Below the pieces are notes generated by a model. It did no database searches. It worked only from the letters and a program-made list of their open reading frames with translations, and was not told where the DNA came from. Shown one piece after another: positions 37,493 to 48,988 of a DNA stretch of 56,527 bases. The stretch spans positions 1 through 56,527 of the forward strand of contig NKIB01013494.1 of the NCBI GenBank assembly GCA_002256025.1, read 5' to 3'. The position numbers were made by a program, and so were the translations under genes. Position 1 is the stretch's first letter, and each line of letters begins with the position of its first letter. This stretch comes from Asterionella formosa (lineage: Eukaryota).

Positions 37493-37939
37493 CCAGGTAC
37501 CAGTACCGGAATTTACACTTGACACAGTGCTCGTACGCATACTGTACACGATAACCCAGGGTTGAGTCCTCCCTACACTCGAACACATACAGTAGCTTGT
37601 CCGGACTATTATTACATGGACGAGTTTTCGAGCCTCAAAGGCGCGACTAGAAATTTAGCCTGCCTTTGATACTGGCGAGCACTAAGCTAAAGCTTCGTTT
37701 TCTCCCATCCTCAGATATAGCTTTTGTCTACTCTTATAAGGCGATTTCAATTAGTCTAGTACAAATTACCTTACTGCTCGCTACTTTGTTGAAGACAATG
37801 CATGTGAATTCCCATGAATTCCTTTCTTTTTTTACACTGGTTGTTAGAATCATCATTATTGCCTCGTCCTTCGTTACATGAATAAGAATACCGAGCCATT
37901 CATCAAACACACAGATAAGCAATCGTATTCTACATTGTG

Positions 37940-38782
37940 ATGCAATTACAGCACATTGTTGTACAGCCTGGCTGGGTGTTATTGCTACAGCTACTTTTCC
38001 CCCTCGGTGTCGTGTCTTTCAGTGCCTTCGCTTCACTTCATAACAAGATGACACCAGAAAAAACATGGGAACCACAAGCCGCGGATGATATTATAGAACG
38101 ATTGAGGACAAAAGTCACTGTTACAACTTCCACACCTTTTATGGTAGCTCTTGTTGGAATTCCGGGATCTGGAAAATCCACGTCAGCTCACTTAGTTGCA
38201 GAGGAACTGTCAACCCGCCATGGCAAAACACCCATGATTATGCCCCATGATGGTTATCATATTGCACTTGCCGAATTACCCAATGCTGATGCCATTTATC
38301 GGCGAGGTGCACCAGATACATTTGATGTTGATGCCTTGATTATTGATTTGAAACGCATCAAGTATGGTGGTATTGATGAACCAACCATTTCTGTTCCTGG
38401 ATTTGATCATGCTATAGGAGACCCTACTCCTAGTGCTCATACGTTTGATCGAGCACGCCATGATATTGTTATTTGTGAAGGACTATACCTACTACATGAT
38501 AGTAATGGGTGGGAGCGTATGAAGCAGGAATTCGATGTTAGTATTTATATTGATTCCAATGTCGATCGATGCATCGAACGACTCAAGGTGAGAAATTCGG
38601 TCATTCCTGGGTATACGCTGGAGGAGTTGTTGTTGCGATGTGATGCTGTGGATCGAGTCAATGCCATGACAGTACAGCGTAGCAGTGCACATAGAGCTGA
38701 TTTAGTTGTGATCAGTTATGATGAACATCCTACGGTATCCCGAAGTGGTACTACCGGTTTATCTTCCAGTCAAGTAGAATAA
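37940..38782 (+). CDS. P-loop kinase of the uridine kinase/pantothenate kinase/phosphoribulokinase superfamily (YggC-like), with signal peptide
   Basis: Walker A GIPGSGKST, PHDGYH, RRGAPDTFD, VPGFDHAIGDP, VICEGLYLL. Hydrophobic N-terminus ending VVSFSAF, suggesting bipartite plastid targeting. Confidence 0.9.
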   Translation: MQLQHIVVQPGWVLLLQLLFPLGVVSFSAFASLHNKMTPEKTWEPQAADDIIERLRTKVTVTTSTPFMVALVGIPGSGKSTSAHLVAEELSTRHGKTPMIMPHDGYHIALAELPNADAIYRRGAPDTFDVDALIIDLKRIKYGGIDEPTISVPGFDHAIGDPTPSAHTFDRARHDIVICEGLYLLHDSNGWERMKQEFDVSIYIDSNVDRCIERLKVRNSVIPGYTLEELLLRCDAVDRVNAMTVQRSSAHRADLVVISYDEHPTVSRSGTTGLSSSQVE

Positions 38783-39491
38783 TTAACATGCAATCATACA
38801 TAAACTCTGTTCTCACGTGGCATAAAAATTGACCTGGCGAACAATGATATAAAATTCGTTACTCAGAAGCAACATATTTGACGGAATAACATGTGATGAT
38901 CAGAATTGTATATTGTTACTTCCATCAGTGGCCAGAAACTATAGGAAGGACTCAAATCAACTGCAGTCATAGTAACGTCCTCTGTGTGTCAACTCCCTTG
39001 TAAATGCTATCGCTATGACTTCGATTAATACTATAGAGCAGGGAATCACTCTAGGTATGCGACCTTACTGAACTGGATCCTAGCTATATTATATTCAAAA
39101 TGAAACTCCCTGTGTATTTGCAGCAAATGGAGTCTTATGGTCACTGCAATAATGGGGCTGCTGGAAGTCGGAGATATTGAAGGTGGAGATGCTGTGCTAA
39201 TATATGCAACCAACTAAGGGACATAACATAAGGGTGTGCAAGCCCAGTCTCCACGTCACTTTATTCTCATTGTACTCCACATCACTTTTTCGTTTTTGTT
39301 CATAGCTGGGCGAAACTCATTGCAAAGACAGGATTATGGGCAGAGTTTGAGAAGCCGATTTATTTCACAAGAAAAATCAAATCGAGTTAGGAACAGGGCC
39401 TCTCTAATTTTGACTCGAAGATAGTGAATGTAAATGTGAGTACTATGTGTGTACATGATTGATGTGATAACAGGAGAACTACTTCCTGTAC

Positions 39492-42400
39492 TTAAATTCT
39501 GAATTCAGAACTTTTTCCTTCTTTCAGTTCATCATATGCTTCTTTCCATTCTTGAGCCTCACGCTGAGCAATGTCATATTTTGCCTTGTGGACAGCAAGA
39601 TCCTCTTTGACTCGTTGCAACTCTGCTTGAAGAGCTAGCTTCTCGGCCATATCCCCCTCTTGTTCAATCTTGCGAAATTCCTTCATTCGAATAATCTCTA
39701 AAGATTTCGATGTCTTTGAAGTAATTTCAGCAGAAAGCTGCTGACACAGCGCGACAAGTTCGGCATCTGTGTTCTGCACCACCCCATCAGCTAGGATATT
39801 TAACTTCTCTTCTGATTCTTTTCTGGCTTGGTCTCGCCCAGAGCTATTATTTTGGAAGGGATTCAAAAATCCTAATTCTTGATTTAAGAGATTCTCTGCA
39901 AGTGCTTGCGCAATTTTTAGTTTTTCATCAAGGACTGCAACCTTCTTTCGTTCTTGTTCTACTTCATGCGTATGCATGACATTAGCAGCAATCATTTGAG
40001 CACGAGCCTCATCACGCTCAGCCATAACTGTCACCAGAGCATCATGTAATGAATCACGCAAGATGTTGGTAATTGCCGAAGGCAACAACGGCTCCAAGTG
40101 CAGAAACGAAGACGAATGATGAGACAACTGCTGGCTCAATTTTCGCTGGGGTAACGTATACGAAGCCGTATTTGGGGAAAAGGCTCTCTTCGATTCTGCT
40201 CTAAGCAGCCCTGTTTGAATGGCAGTAATCATTGCTAAGATGTCTTCTCCAGTGGAAGACTTTTGATTGGGTACAAGGCGTTTGTCCAGGACGCCATTCA
40301 ACTTATCATCAGCCAACGGCTCAAATTTTGATGGTGAGCTTACTGTTCCATGGTTGCAGTCAATCTTGAAAAAGTCAGCCATTGCCCTCCGAGCTTCGTC
40401 AGGCAGTGGACACCTGAGCGTCGAACTCAAAAATTCAGTTAAAACCTCACATTTGTACTCAAGAAAAGCAGGGGTATGTTCAATGTGCATAGATGCATCG
40501 ATGAGACCACCTAACAAAGTGCCAGTGAGCTTGACGCAGTCCAAAGTTGAGAGTCCAAGGGTGCTCGCAAGATCTTGCCTCATCTGTGAACCAGCATCCC
40601 GAACCTCGTCAAAGCTCGTGCACATCATCTGAGGGATAACAGAAGCTACAGCCTCTGAAATGGACATGTAAAGGGCCAACACATCATCGAACGTGCACAG
40701 AATCGAAGTTTGATTTTGGAATGGCTTTGATTCTCCACTGAACTGGGGAATCAGTGTGATTTTGTATCCATCCTGGGCAGTGGTCAATTTAGCACAGACA
40801 TCATCGTATTTGCTAGGTTTGGCTCCATCAGACTGGTCGAACCCTCCCTCCAGGGAACTTTCTATGACCACCTCTTGGTTTCTTTGACTTTTCTGTGGCG
40901 CATTTGGCACGATTTCGCCAGGCAGAAAGATGTGGGGGGCAACGTGAACAATCCAATCACCACTCATTTTCTCCAAAATACTGTCAGGGATCGGGATGAG
41001 AGATTCGCCGAAATTTCCAGCTGGTCTATCGCCGATGCGAACGCCTCTGAGCTTTGTTCCCTCCAGGTCCACATATGAGGCATCACTACTCATCATCGAT
41101 TTTGAAAATCGACTTCTCACCGAGAACCTCTCTCCACCTACCTCTTCTTGCTTGAGTTGGTCTCTCTTTTGTGATTTTGCCCTTTCTCCACTCATCGAGA
41201 CCCCAAACTTCTTGACTCTTGTTCCAAAGCGAGGACGGGATGCACCTGATTCAATCCAATGCTCATCTTCATCTCCTTTCAGCACTGCCATGTCCACCTG
41301 GGGCAGACCCATCTCGTGCACATCGTTAGTGACATTGTTAAGTGTTGCAGAACAAGTGACAGTGGCTTGATGATAGTCTAAGTTCACAAGCTTCCTGACC
41401 TCTTGTAAAATCTCTGGCCTTTTGGGATTCAAGTCCTCAGGGCATATTGATTGGTCATCGATGGCAGTTTCCCATGACTTGGAGGGCTGTACCAGAATCG
41501 AATTAACATGTGACTCATGATGAACCTCCACTATTTCAGTTTGTTGTTTCAGACTATACGCTACTCCGTCAATTTTACTTTTGAAATCGCCGCCAAGACC
41601 ACCTTCCTCAGGATGACCATCATGCTTCTGTACTCCAATTCGGAGTTTTCTCCGTTGCTCGGCGACTGCTTTGGTCTTTTCTTTTGCCGCTTGCACGACA
41701 CCGCCGACACGGATTTTGGCGGTTGAGCGCAACGAAGCGAAGCGTTTCCCCATCTGTTGACCCCGACCAAGATTGGATGAATCCTCGTCATCATTGCTTG
41801 TGAAAGATGGGACTCCTTTATCAATCAAAAGTGAGGAGGTGCTTGTTTGGAGTTCCCTTTCAGCATTGCATGACAACGATTGTTGAGTAGTGGCTTTTGT
41901 GTCGCCCTGTTTGGCCTGGAACTCCGAATCACTTGCAACAACTCCTTCATGGCAAAAATTGTCGTGACATGTGTCTTCCACTGACTCATTCAGCTCATCT
42001 TTTCCTGAGTTGACTACTAGTGTCGTTCGATTTCGGCTCATGCGGGAACCAGCAAGCTTGCTCTTGGCGGCAGCAGTTAGGTTTGATAAGCTAGCACGTA
42101 CTTTATCACCTCGACGAGGGGTGGATGTCGCAACTGGGAAATCCGTATCTGACGACGACGTGCGAAACCTCATTTGAACATTCATGTTCTCATTATGAGA
42201 TTCATGGAACATAGAGGAGGCACCATCCTCCCATTCAGGAGAATTTTCAAACGGGCTGGCATTTTTGACCCGGTAGTCATTGTGTTGAGAATACAAAGTG
42301 ATGGCAAAGTTCAGTTCTTTGACCCAAAATTCGTACTCTTTTGTATTTAAAGCAATAAAAAGTCGTGCTTTTCTCGTTTTTTCAACGATTGCAAAGCCAT

Positions 42401-45400
42401 GTCTAGCATCACTCATGCGTCGTCCGCCGGTAAGGACATGCAAACTAGCACCTTGGAGGCAAACGATATCCAAGGGAGTTGGCTTTCCAGGATCTGAGTA
42501 AACGATAAATAAACTTTTTCTCAGAACCGCATAGTATTGCCACATATTGACGACTTTCGGGGCACGTTGCCCATGAGTATGAATTCCCCCCATACGAAGC
42601 CATCCCGCTGCTTGCGATGCTACTAAACCAAGAGCAGCAAGCCGTGCTCGCTCCTTAGAGAATACTTGGAATTCAAGATCTTTTATTCTCAATTGTTGAT
42701 GTCTCATTGCTGACTTTGTCTGTAAGTCATGGGTAGCAACCAAATTGCTGAGACTCCGCAAATATGTTCTGGTTGCATCTAGTGAGCTCACGGTATCAAT
42801 CGGATCGAATTTCTCTTTTGTCTCATCACGTTTTCCATTTGTCGATTCAATGGTCTTCATTGCTGCAATTACATTTGCGATTCGCTGCTTTGCTATTTTG
42901 GTTCTGTCAACAAAGAGAAGTACCGCACCGTAAAAGGTGGCTAAATTATCAAGATCCGTCACTGAGAGGATAGAATCAGCTAGCGACAAATCAAGTTTAG
43001 AAGGAATATACATTCCACGTAGGGTGAACATCGGTATGAGCGTGTCTGTCAGTTTTCCTCTTGACTTCGTTGGTTCAGCTGCATGCAGACTTTGAACACT
43101 AATTATACTGTGTTGGAATCCAGGGATCATGTCAACAAATAGCTCACTCCATTGTGATCCGCACTGGCCAAGGACAGCGAGAATAGTGGAGTCTTCGATG
43201 GAGTGAAGGTCTGCTAAATAGCTCGTCAAAACAGAAGCCTCTCGGACGAATAAACCAAACCCAAGGGCACTGGAAACAATATCCTTTGGCCGCTTCTGGG
43301 GCACAAACACAATCAAATTGGTAACTCTAACGCGAGCTAGGAATGTGGAGGTATTTTCCGGAAGCTGTGATAATATCAATGTCTCCATTAATTCCTCGAC
43401 ATTCTTCGCTTCACGCGGTTCCTTAACTCCCTCATTGTCCGGTCCTCCTGGTTTCTCGAAAAAGAAGCAACTACTTGCCACAGAAGAAAAAAGGGCACCA
43501 ATTGAACCAGATGGAAATTCCATTGCTTTAATTTGTCCATTCGAATCCTTCTTTCTAACCACTGGGAGTAATCCAGTTGGAAGCAGCAGTGCTTCGACTA
43601 AAAGGAGTACGAAGGATTCAACTTCATGTACATGTAAATTGATTGCGCCCCCTGAGCAAATGTCTAATGATAGAGCGATTTCGAGAAAAGTTCCAGTTCG
43701 TTTCTCGAATCGTACCTTAATATCATCTGACTTAGATGCATCGGGCAACACATGGTTTCCCATTGCAACAAGCTCAACCATACTGGGGTGAAAATCAGGC
43801 TCAGGAGTTCTCTGTTTTCCTCTTTCACTTATCTCAACCTTGTCATCAAGAAAAAAATCTGCTTCTCCTTCGTTGTCGCGCTCTCCCTTCTCTCGGCAAT
43901 AAATGGGGTAAAGGTCACATTCTTTGTCAAAATCGCAAATATCAATGTTAATGACAGTCAGAGAACCCTTAAGTATCGTTCTGCTTTCGTCGTTCGCAAT
44001 AAACCTCTCAAAGCCCAAGTCAAGTGTTCGGAGTTGTAACTTCAGTAATTGAATAAGGGGGATGACGCTTTCTTCAATGGGTAAGTTGTCACCCTCGTTT
44101 ACAGACGCTCTGAATTTGCTCTTCATAACGACATTTTGTCGCCAAATGCTGACGCTCAGTTCTGATAGTTGTATGCAGAACGAAAAAGTCAGCCCTCCTG
44201 TTTCTCTACTCTTCTTGTATTGTCGCTTTGTCAATACATATCGGCTGCTAGTAGCGTTTGCTGCACAGTCCAAATTTGCCTTGGAAGCTTCGAACTCCAT
44301 CCCGCCATGGATTTTCGAGATGTAGGCCAAAGTTGTCTTGACGGTGTTTGCATGGTACATAACTGTGCTAAGGGCGCCGCTCAGAAGGTCAAAGTCGACA
44401 TTGATACCTATTCTGTTAATCTGAATGGATGAAAGGAAAACCAGCTTCATCGGGTTGCTTTCTCCGGTATCGGGTGATTCCCCTTCAAAGCAGGCAAAAA
44501 AATTAAACTCCAAGGGCTCTATAAGCTCTTGCGGTTTGGCATGATTACAAAATGGAATGATCGGAACTAATTTCATGGAAAAATCTCGAATTGTGATCTG
44601 AGATCTGAAAGTAGAGACGATTCTCCTAAATGCGTTTTGACGAATGAGCGGATCCTCTGCTTTCTCAAGTTTGTAGCATATATCAGAAGGATCGTTCGGG
44701 AAGTCAATTAGTGTCGAGCCAGCCGGGTTATCCCCATTGATCGAAGATCCTATTTTCCCAGTCAAGCAAATTCGAGGCAAGGCTGAAGAAATTACGAGCA
44801 TAAATTCGCCCACGGCCATTGTCAAATCGCAAGATCGCACATCCTTATTAATGGCAGCTGGGAGACGAACTTGAAGGTTTAATATTCTCGCTGTTACATT
44901 GAAGTGGTCTGAAGAAATAAATTCATTTTCGTCCAAGGTAATCTCGGGTGTTTCTTGAACGTGATTAGCGAAATTCAACGGTTGGGATGGATGCATCAAC
45001 ATTTCTGTCATTAATTCATCACTCCAATCACCTGAATTCCATCGCGGATCAAAGCCCCCTCCTCCTTCATTCATGGAGAAACGTAAAAGTCGACACCAAG
45101 AATCAATTGCCAGAGTAATTTCAAATTGGTCAAGCCCGATTTCGTTGAACACCATAATCTCTTCCTGACCTAGACATGCTATATTTTCCACGAAGTCTAC
45201 GGTAGACTTTAAACCGACAGTCTGGGATGGAAACGTGTTACGCAATCGCAATGGATCTGGTCGAATGCATCGATCTTCAAAAAGGGGGAAATGTTCATCA
45301 CATGGAATTTCAGTGAAGGCAGGTGATGGACACTCAACGGGTCTACCTTGAAAGTCAAGATGTTTCCCACCAAGAATGAGAAAACTTATTTTTTGGCCGT

Positions 45401-46931
45401 ATTTTTCTTGCAATGACATGTAAGATAATGACATTTGAAAACAAACACCTTTTTCACCTGTTGTTCCAGGCCACATCATTTCAGCGATCAAGCCCTTGAC
45501 ATCGATTTGAGCATAACTATTATCCGGTGCAATATTGCGCTCATATATTCCCCGAACGGTGCAATGGTTAATAGAGAAACTGAAGGAAATTTTTTCATGA
45601 ATGACAATGCCAGTTGGCAAGACAATTACGGGTCGGTCACAATTCTTGCGTTTGGGGGCTTTTTCCGAATAGGTCGGCGACGACGTCGATGTCGCGCTTT
45701 CCTCTGCAGAAATTTTAACTGTTGATTCATCTGCATTTATTTTTAAACCACCTGTATTCTCTTCATCTTCTGTCTTCATCACCTCCATACTTCCCAAACC
45801 AAATTCACCGAAGGCAACATCTTCACGTTCGGTTGTTCGGCAATCCTCGTCGGATTCTTCGTCATTCTCCCCATCGCCAACTAAGCCTTCCTCCATGACA
45901 AGGGGAGAATGTGTTCTTGACTCAACACCACTTCCGCTCTTACCTAATACGATTTCTACCGTTGCTCCACTTCCACCACTTACAGGGAATTTCGATCGTG
46001 TTCCCACCAAAGGATCTTCAAATGCCCGATCCTTGGTGAAGCAATATCGAAAACCAGAAATAGCATGCACAAGCATGCCAACATCTTCCGCTTCTATGCA
46101 AAATTCGATTTTATTGACAGTAGCATCCATTTGAATGGACAATATTGCAGCATCTCGGACCCTTTTGTGAAACATGAGTTGTATTTCCACATTGGCTTCG
46201 GGGACAAGAAGGATCTCATTACTAATGCTGGTTTCGTCTTTCATGCAATCAACAGATGTGAAGGCCACTTCCATACCCATGCTAACTTTTTTGTATATGC
46301 TCAAGGTTTGTTGTTGGGGTCTTCCTTGAAAGGTATTGTGTTTCCAACAATCATCGGGCGAAGCCGGATTTCCCAATTCATTTACGGACTGATACAACAC
46401 ATGGCGCAAAAAAATGTGAAGGCATGGTGGCGTCCATGGGCCATTTTGTCTCGTCTTAAATTTACCTCTAGGTTGAAATGAAATTTTTACCGATCGGATG
46501 TCAATTTTTAAATTGTCCATGATCCGGTCCATCAAAAAGTAGGAACCTCGAGGTTTCTTGTTGCTCTTGTTGAGTTCCTGATGATATTCTTGTCGAGAGA
46601 GTTGCCTGAGAGTCCTTCGTTGTTCTTTAGGAATGTAATGCAAGGGTTCGACCAGGACAGCACGGACATTATCCACGACGACGCAGAGGGGTGCCTTTTT
46701 TAAATTGGCCCATGACGTTACGTGGAATGACAATTTTGAAATCTGAACCGATTCGAATTCGATGAACGGCGTTAGTTTGGCAATCAATTCATTCAAGACG
46801 CTGCAATTCAAGGACACATCCTTGATCTCTCCTTTCCCGTTCAATAGATTTGCGTTAACCTGTTCCTTACGAAAGCCGACAATGAACTTAGACAACTGCT
46901 CTTGAAAGATGCCAAGCACAAATTGCTCCAT
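39492..46931 (-). CDS. Large bridge-like lipid transfer protein candidate (Chorein_N, VPS13/UHRF1BP1-like) with PH domain and C-terminal coiled coil, 2479 aa
   Basis: N-terminus QEQLSKFIVGFRKEQVNANLLNGKGEIKDVSLN...WANLKKAPLCVVVDNV resembles Chorein_N. PH motifs GWLRM...WQYYAVLRKSLFIVY...LQGASL...EYEFWVKELNFAI at ~42300-42606. Heptad-rich C-terminus. Uninterrupted 7.4-kb ORF. Confidence 0.85.
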   Translation of the reverse strand: MEQFVLGIFQEQLSKFIVGFRKEQVNANLLNGKGEIKDVSLNCSVLNELIAKLTPFIEFESVQISKLSFHVTSWANLKKAPLCVVVDNVRAVLVEPLHYIPKEQRRTLRQLSRQEYHQELNKSNKKPRGSYFLMDRIMDNLKIDIRSVKISFQPRGKFKTRQNGPWTPPCLHIFLRHVLYQSVNELGNPASPDDCWKHNTFQGRPQQQTLSIYKKVSMGMEVAFTSVDCMKDETSISNEILLVPEANVEIQLMFHKRVRDAAILSIQMDATVNKIEFCIEAEDVGMLVHAISGFRYCFTKDRAFEDPLVGTRSKFPVSGGSGATVEIVLGKSGSGVESRTHSPLVMEEGLVGDGENDEESDEDCRTTEREDVAFGEFGLGSMEVMKTEDEENTGGLKINADESTVKISAEESATSTSSPTYSEKAPKRKNCDRPVIVLPTGIVIHEKISFSFSINHCTVRGIYERNIAPDNSYAQIDVKGLIAEMMWPGTTGEKGVCFQMSLSYMSLQEKYGQKISFLILGGKHLDFQGRPVECPSPAFTEIPCDEHFPLFEDRCIRPDPLRLRNTFPSQTVGLKSTVDFVENIACLGQEEIMVFNEIGLDQFEITLAIDSWCRLLRFSMNEGGGGFDPRWNSGDWSDELMTEMLMHPSQPLNFANHVQETPEITLDENEFISSDHFNVTARILNLQVRLPAAINKDVRSCDLTMAVGEFMLVISSALPRICLTGKIGSSINGDNPAGSTLIDFPNDPSDICYKLEKAEDPLIRQNAFRRIVSTFRSQITIRDFSMKLVPIIPFCNHAKPQELIEPLEFNFFACFEGESPDTGESNPMKLVFLSSIQINRIGINVDFDLLSGALSTVMYHANTVKTTLAYISKIHGGMEFEASKANLDCAANATSSRYVLTKRQYKKSRETGGLTFSFCIQLSELSVSIWRQNVVMKSKFRASVNEGDNLPIEESVIPLIQLLKLQLRTLDLGFERFIANDESRTILKGSLTVINIDICDFDKECDLYPIYCREKGERDNEGEADFFLDDKVEISERGKQRTPEPDFHPSMVELVAMGNHVLPDASKSDDIKVRFEKRTGTFLEIALSLDICSGGAINLHVHEVESFVLLLVEALLLPTGLLPVVRKKDSNGQIKAMEFPSGSIGALFSSVASSCFFFEKPGGPDNEGVKEPREAKNVEELMETLILSQLPENTSTFLARVRVTNLIVFVPQKRPKDIVSSALGFGLFVREASVLTSYLADLHSIEDSTILAVLGQCGSQWSELFVDMIPGFQHSIISVQSLHAAEPTKSRGKLTDTLIPMFTLRGMYIPSKLDLSLADSILSVTDLDNLATFYGAVLLFVDRTKIAKQRIANVIAAMKTIESTNGKRDETKEKFDPIDTVSSLDATRTYLRSLSNLVATHDLQTKSAMRHQQLRIKDLEFQVFSKERARLAALGLVASQAAGWLRMGGIHTHGQRAPKVVNMWQYYAVLRKSLFIVYSDPGKPTPLDIVCLQGASLHVLTGGRRMSDARHGFAIVEKTRKARLFIALNTKEYEFWVKELNFAITLYSQHNDYRVKNASPFENSPEWEDGASSMFHESHNENMNVQMRFRTSSSDTDFPVATSTPRRGDKVRASLSNLTAAAKSKLAGSRMSRNRTTLVVNSGKDELNESVEDTCHDNFCHEGVVASDSEFQAKQGDTKATTQQSLSCNAERELQTSTSSLLIDKGVPSFTSNDDEDSSNLGRGQQMGKRFASLRSTAKIRVGGVVQAAKEKTKAVAEQRRKLRIGVQKHDGHPEEGGLGGDFKSKIDGVAYSLKQQTEIVEVHHESHVNSILVQPSKSWETAIDDQSICPEDLNPKRPEILQEVRKLVNLDYHQATVTCSATLNNVTNDVHEMGLPQVDMAVLKGDEDEHWIESGASRPRFGTRVKKFGVSMSGERAKSQKRDQLKQEEVGGERFSVRSRFSKSMMSSDASYVDLEGTKLRGVRIGDRPAGNFGESLIPIPDSILEKMSGDWIVHVAPHIFLPGEIVPNAPQKSQRNQEVVIESSLEGGFDQSDGAKPSKYDDVCAKLTTAQDGYKITLIPQFSGESKPFQNQTSILCTFDDVLALYMSISEAVASVIPQMMCTSFDEVRDAGSQMRQDLASTLGLSTLDCVKLTGTLLGGLIDASMHIEHTPAFLEYKCEVLTEFLSSTLRCPLPDEARRAMADFFKIDCNHGTVSSPSKFEPLADDKLNGVLDKRLVPNQKSSTGEDILAMITAIQTGLLRAESKRAFSPNTASYTLPQRKLSQQLSHHSSSFLHLEPLLPSAITNILRDSLHDALVTVMAERDEARAQMIAANVMHTHEVEQERKKVAVLDEKLKIAQALAENLLNQELGFLNPFQNNSSGRDQARKESEEKLNILADGVVQNTDAELVALCQQLSAEITSKTSKSLEIIRMKEFRKIEQEGDMAEKLALQAELQRVKEDLAVHKAKYDIAQREAQEWKEAYDELKEGKSSEFRI

Positions 46932-47178
46932 TTGCAATTGTTTGTTGATGTAGCCAAGTGTTCTCAGTAGCTATGCATGCGCTTCTGCGGGGTGAATACT
47001 GTCGGTGGCCTCAAAGTTGCCCTTGTTGACTGCTGTGATGAGTGCTGTGTGATTCCGGAGCAATCCGAAAGGAACGACTATAGCTAATATACCGTATAGC
47101 CGTATCGCTATGTGATTATTACAACAATATATTCATAGAGAGGGCGAAAGCGGCCCCATGAGTTTTGGTACCGTACCA

Positions 47179-47693
47179 GCAAGTTGCTGTAATTCAGCTG
47201 AAATAAAGATTTAGCTCTTTTTATCCAATTTTAAATTGTCTATTTAAGCAAAATGACCGCATCTGGTTATTGTACCGGTTATGCAAGTTGATCTCATTTT
47301 CCTGAAACGGTCAATGTGTTACTGGACACCGAAAAATTTATCATGTATTTAAGGAACATCTTCTATTCATAGCACGATTCAACGAAATAAATAGCAGAAT
47401 TTTTCTAGTTGCAAAAACGAGAACACACAGCCGCATATGACTATGACTTTCAGGAAATTCCTATGAATTTCAGGAAATGACTGTGACTTTGAGGAAACGC
47501 AAAGAAAATTTTTGGCCACACAGAGCTCAGCTGGCTCAACGACACTTGCAATCATGATGGAAATGGCAGCAGAAATACTTTCCGACAGGAAAGCTTGCCC
47601 TTCCAATGATTTACATCATATTGCTTAAAAAAACAATTTAATATTGGATCAAGACAGCTAAATATTTAGTTCAGCAAAATTACTGCAACTTGC
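47179..47693. mobile_element. MITE-like element (515 bp) with ~38-bp imperfect TIRs
   Basis: Left end GCAAGTTGCTGTAATTCAGCTGAAATAAAGATTTAGCT; right end AGCTAAATATTTAGTTCAGCAAAATTACTGCAACTTGC. Another left TIR starts at 47704. Confidence 0.8.
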
Positions 47694-48988
47694 AGGTGTA
47701 CCAGCAAGTTGCAGTAATTTTGATGATTCACATTTGCGGCTGACGGGAAGACACAGGAATTCAAAAAGAAATAAGCTGGAGCATTAACGGTTAAATCAGT
47801 AATGCTTGGCGCATACCTGTGAAATCGATGTTTGCCAAATAAATTTGATTAACATGAGTTGGTCCAAAATAAGTCATTTAGAAGAATATTAGTGTAAAAC
47901 GGTATAATTTATGAGAATTTTTTAATCATCAGCAAAATCGTTTCAGACATCTGCAAAATTGTTTCAGATGATTTTCTGTCAGAAGATTTCCTGTCAGACA
48001 ATTGATTTTTTGTTCGCCCTTTGTCAGTTTAAAAAGTATATGTGTGTACCACCGTTGTGGTATAAGTCGGATGCATCATCATCAAGGAGAACCAAACGAA
48101 CCCTTGTGGGCCGTTGTAAATAATTATTTAGCAATTCTTTTCTAATTATTAATCACTATGTAAAGGGTAATCGTGGTCTCTGTCTGGGGAGCATCTTGTG
48201 CATCATATCGTCTTGGCTTTGACCAACTGGTGAACATGCTGTGGAAAGAGATATTAGAGCAACTAACATCAATTCATAAAATTAAAGACAAAAACATGCA
48301 CAACATGTTAGAGCAGAATGACAGACGGGTCAAAGCGAATAAATGAAAGGCTGACATATACAGTCAAAACGAGAGGCAACTATTGGATCAATGGTTACAA
48401 ATAAAATGAATGACTGCAAAGATGTAAGCAACCCATACTGTGGAATTCCTGCCATCGTGTTTGCCCTGTCTACAAATGACCTTAGTCTGTGAATAAAATT
48501 TCCATTAGATCTAACCTTTTACTCAGCATATGATGAAAAAGTTTTTGATTAAGCTAAATTTTTATTCTACCGAAAATAATTTTGATACATCAATAATTGA
48601 TTCTGTTTGTTCAATCAAATTTTTATCTCAGGTTAAGGTTTCACAAACCATATGACGTTATGCATTTGTACAAACTAATCGAACAAATGTACCAAAGAAT
48701 ATTGACTTTGCAAATTTGCTTTTTCATCGGAAATTATTTTGATACATCAAAATCATTTTCTGTTCGATCAATAGAATCTATATCTGGTTATGACAACATA
48801 GCATGTATGACCTTACGCATATGTAAAAACTTGTACTCCTTAGACTACCAGTAAGACCAGATGAATACATACCGATTTTTGTGCATCGGATCACTTGCGT
48901 TGATGCATTGAGTGTCATCTGCAAATAAAAAGTACCATGCATATACCAAGAAGTTTGCTGTGAACATGTATGTTTGAGGTTATAGTTC

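Noticed and set aside
40267..46481. Many short plus-strand ORFs
   Set aside because: Antisense shadows of the 2479-aa gene with no recognisable motifs.
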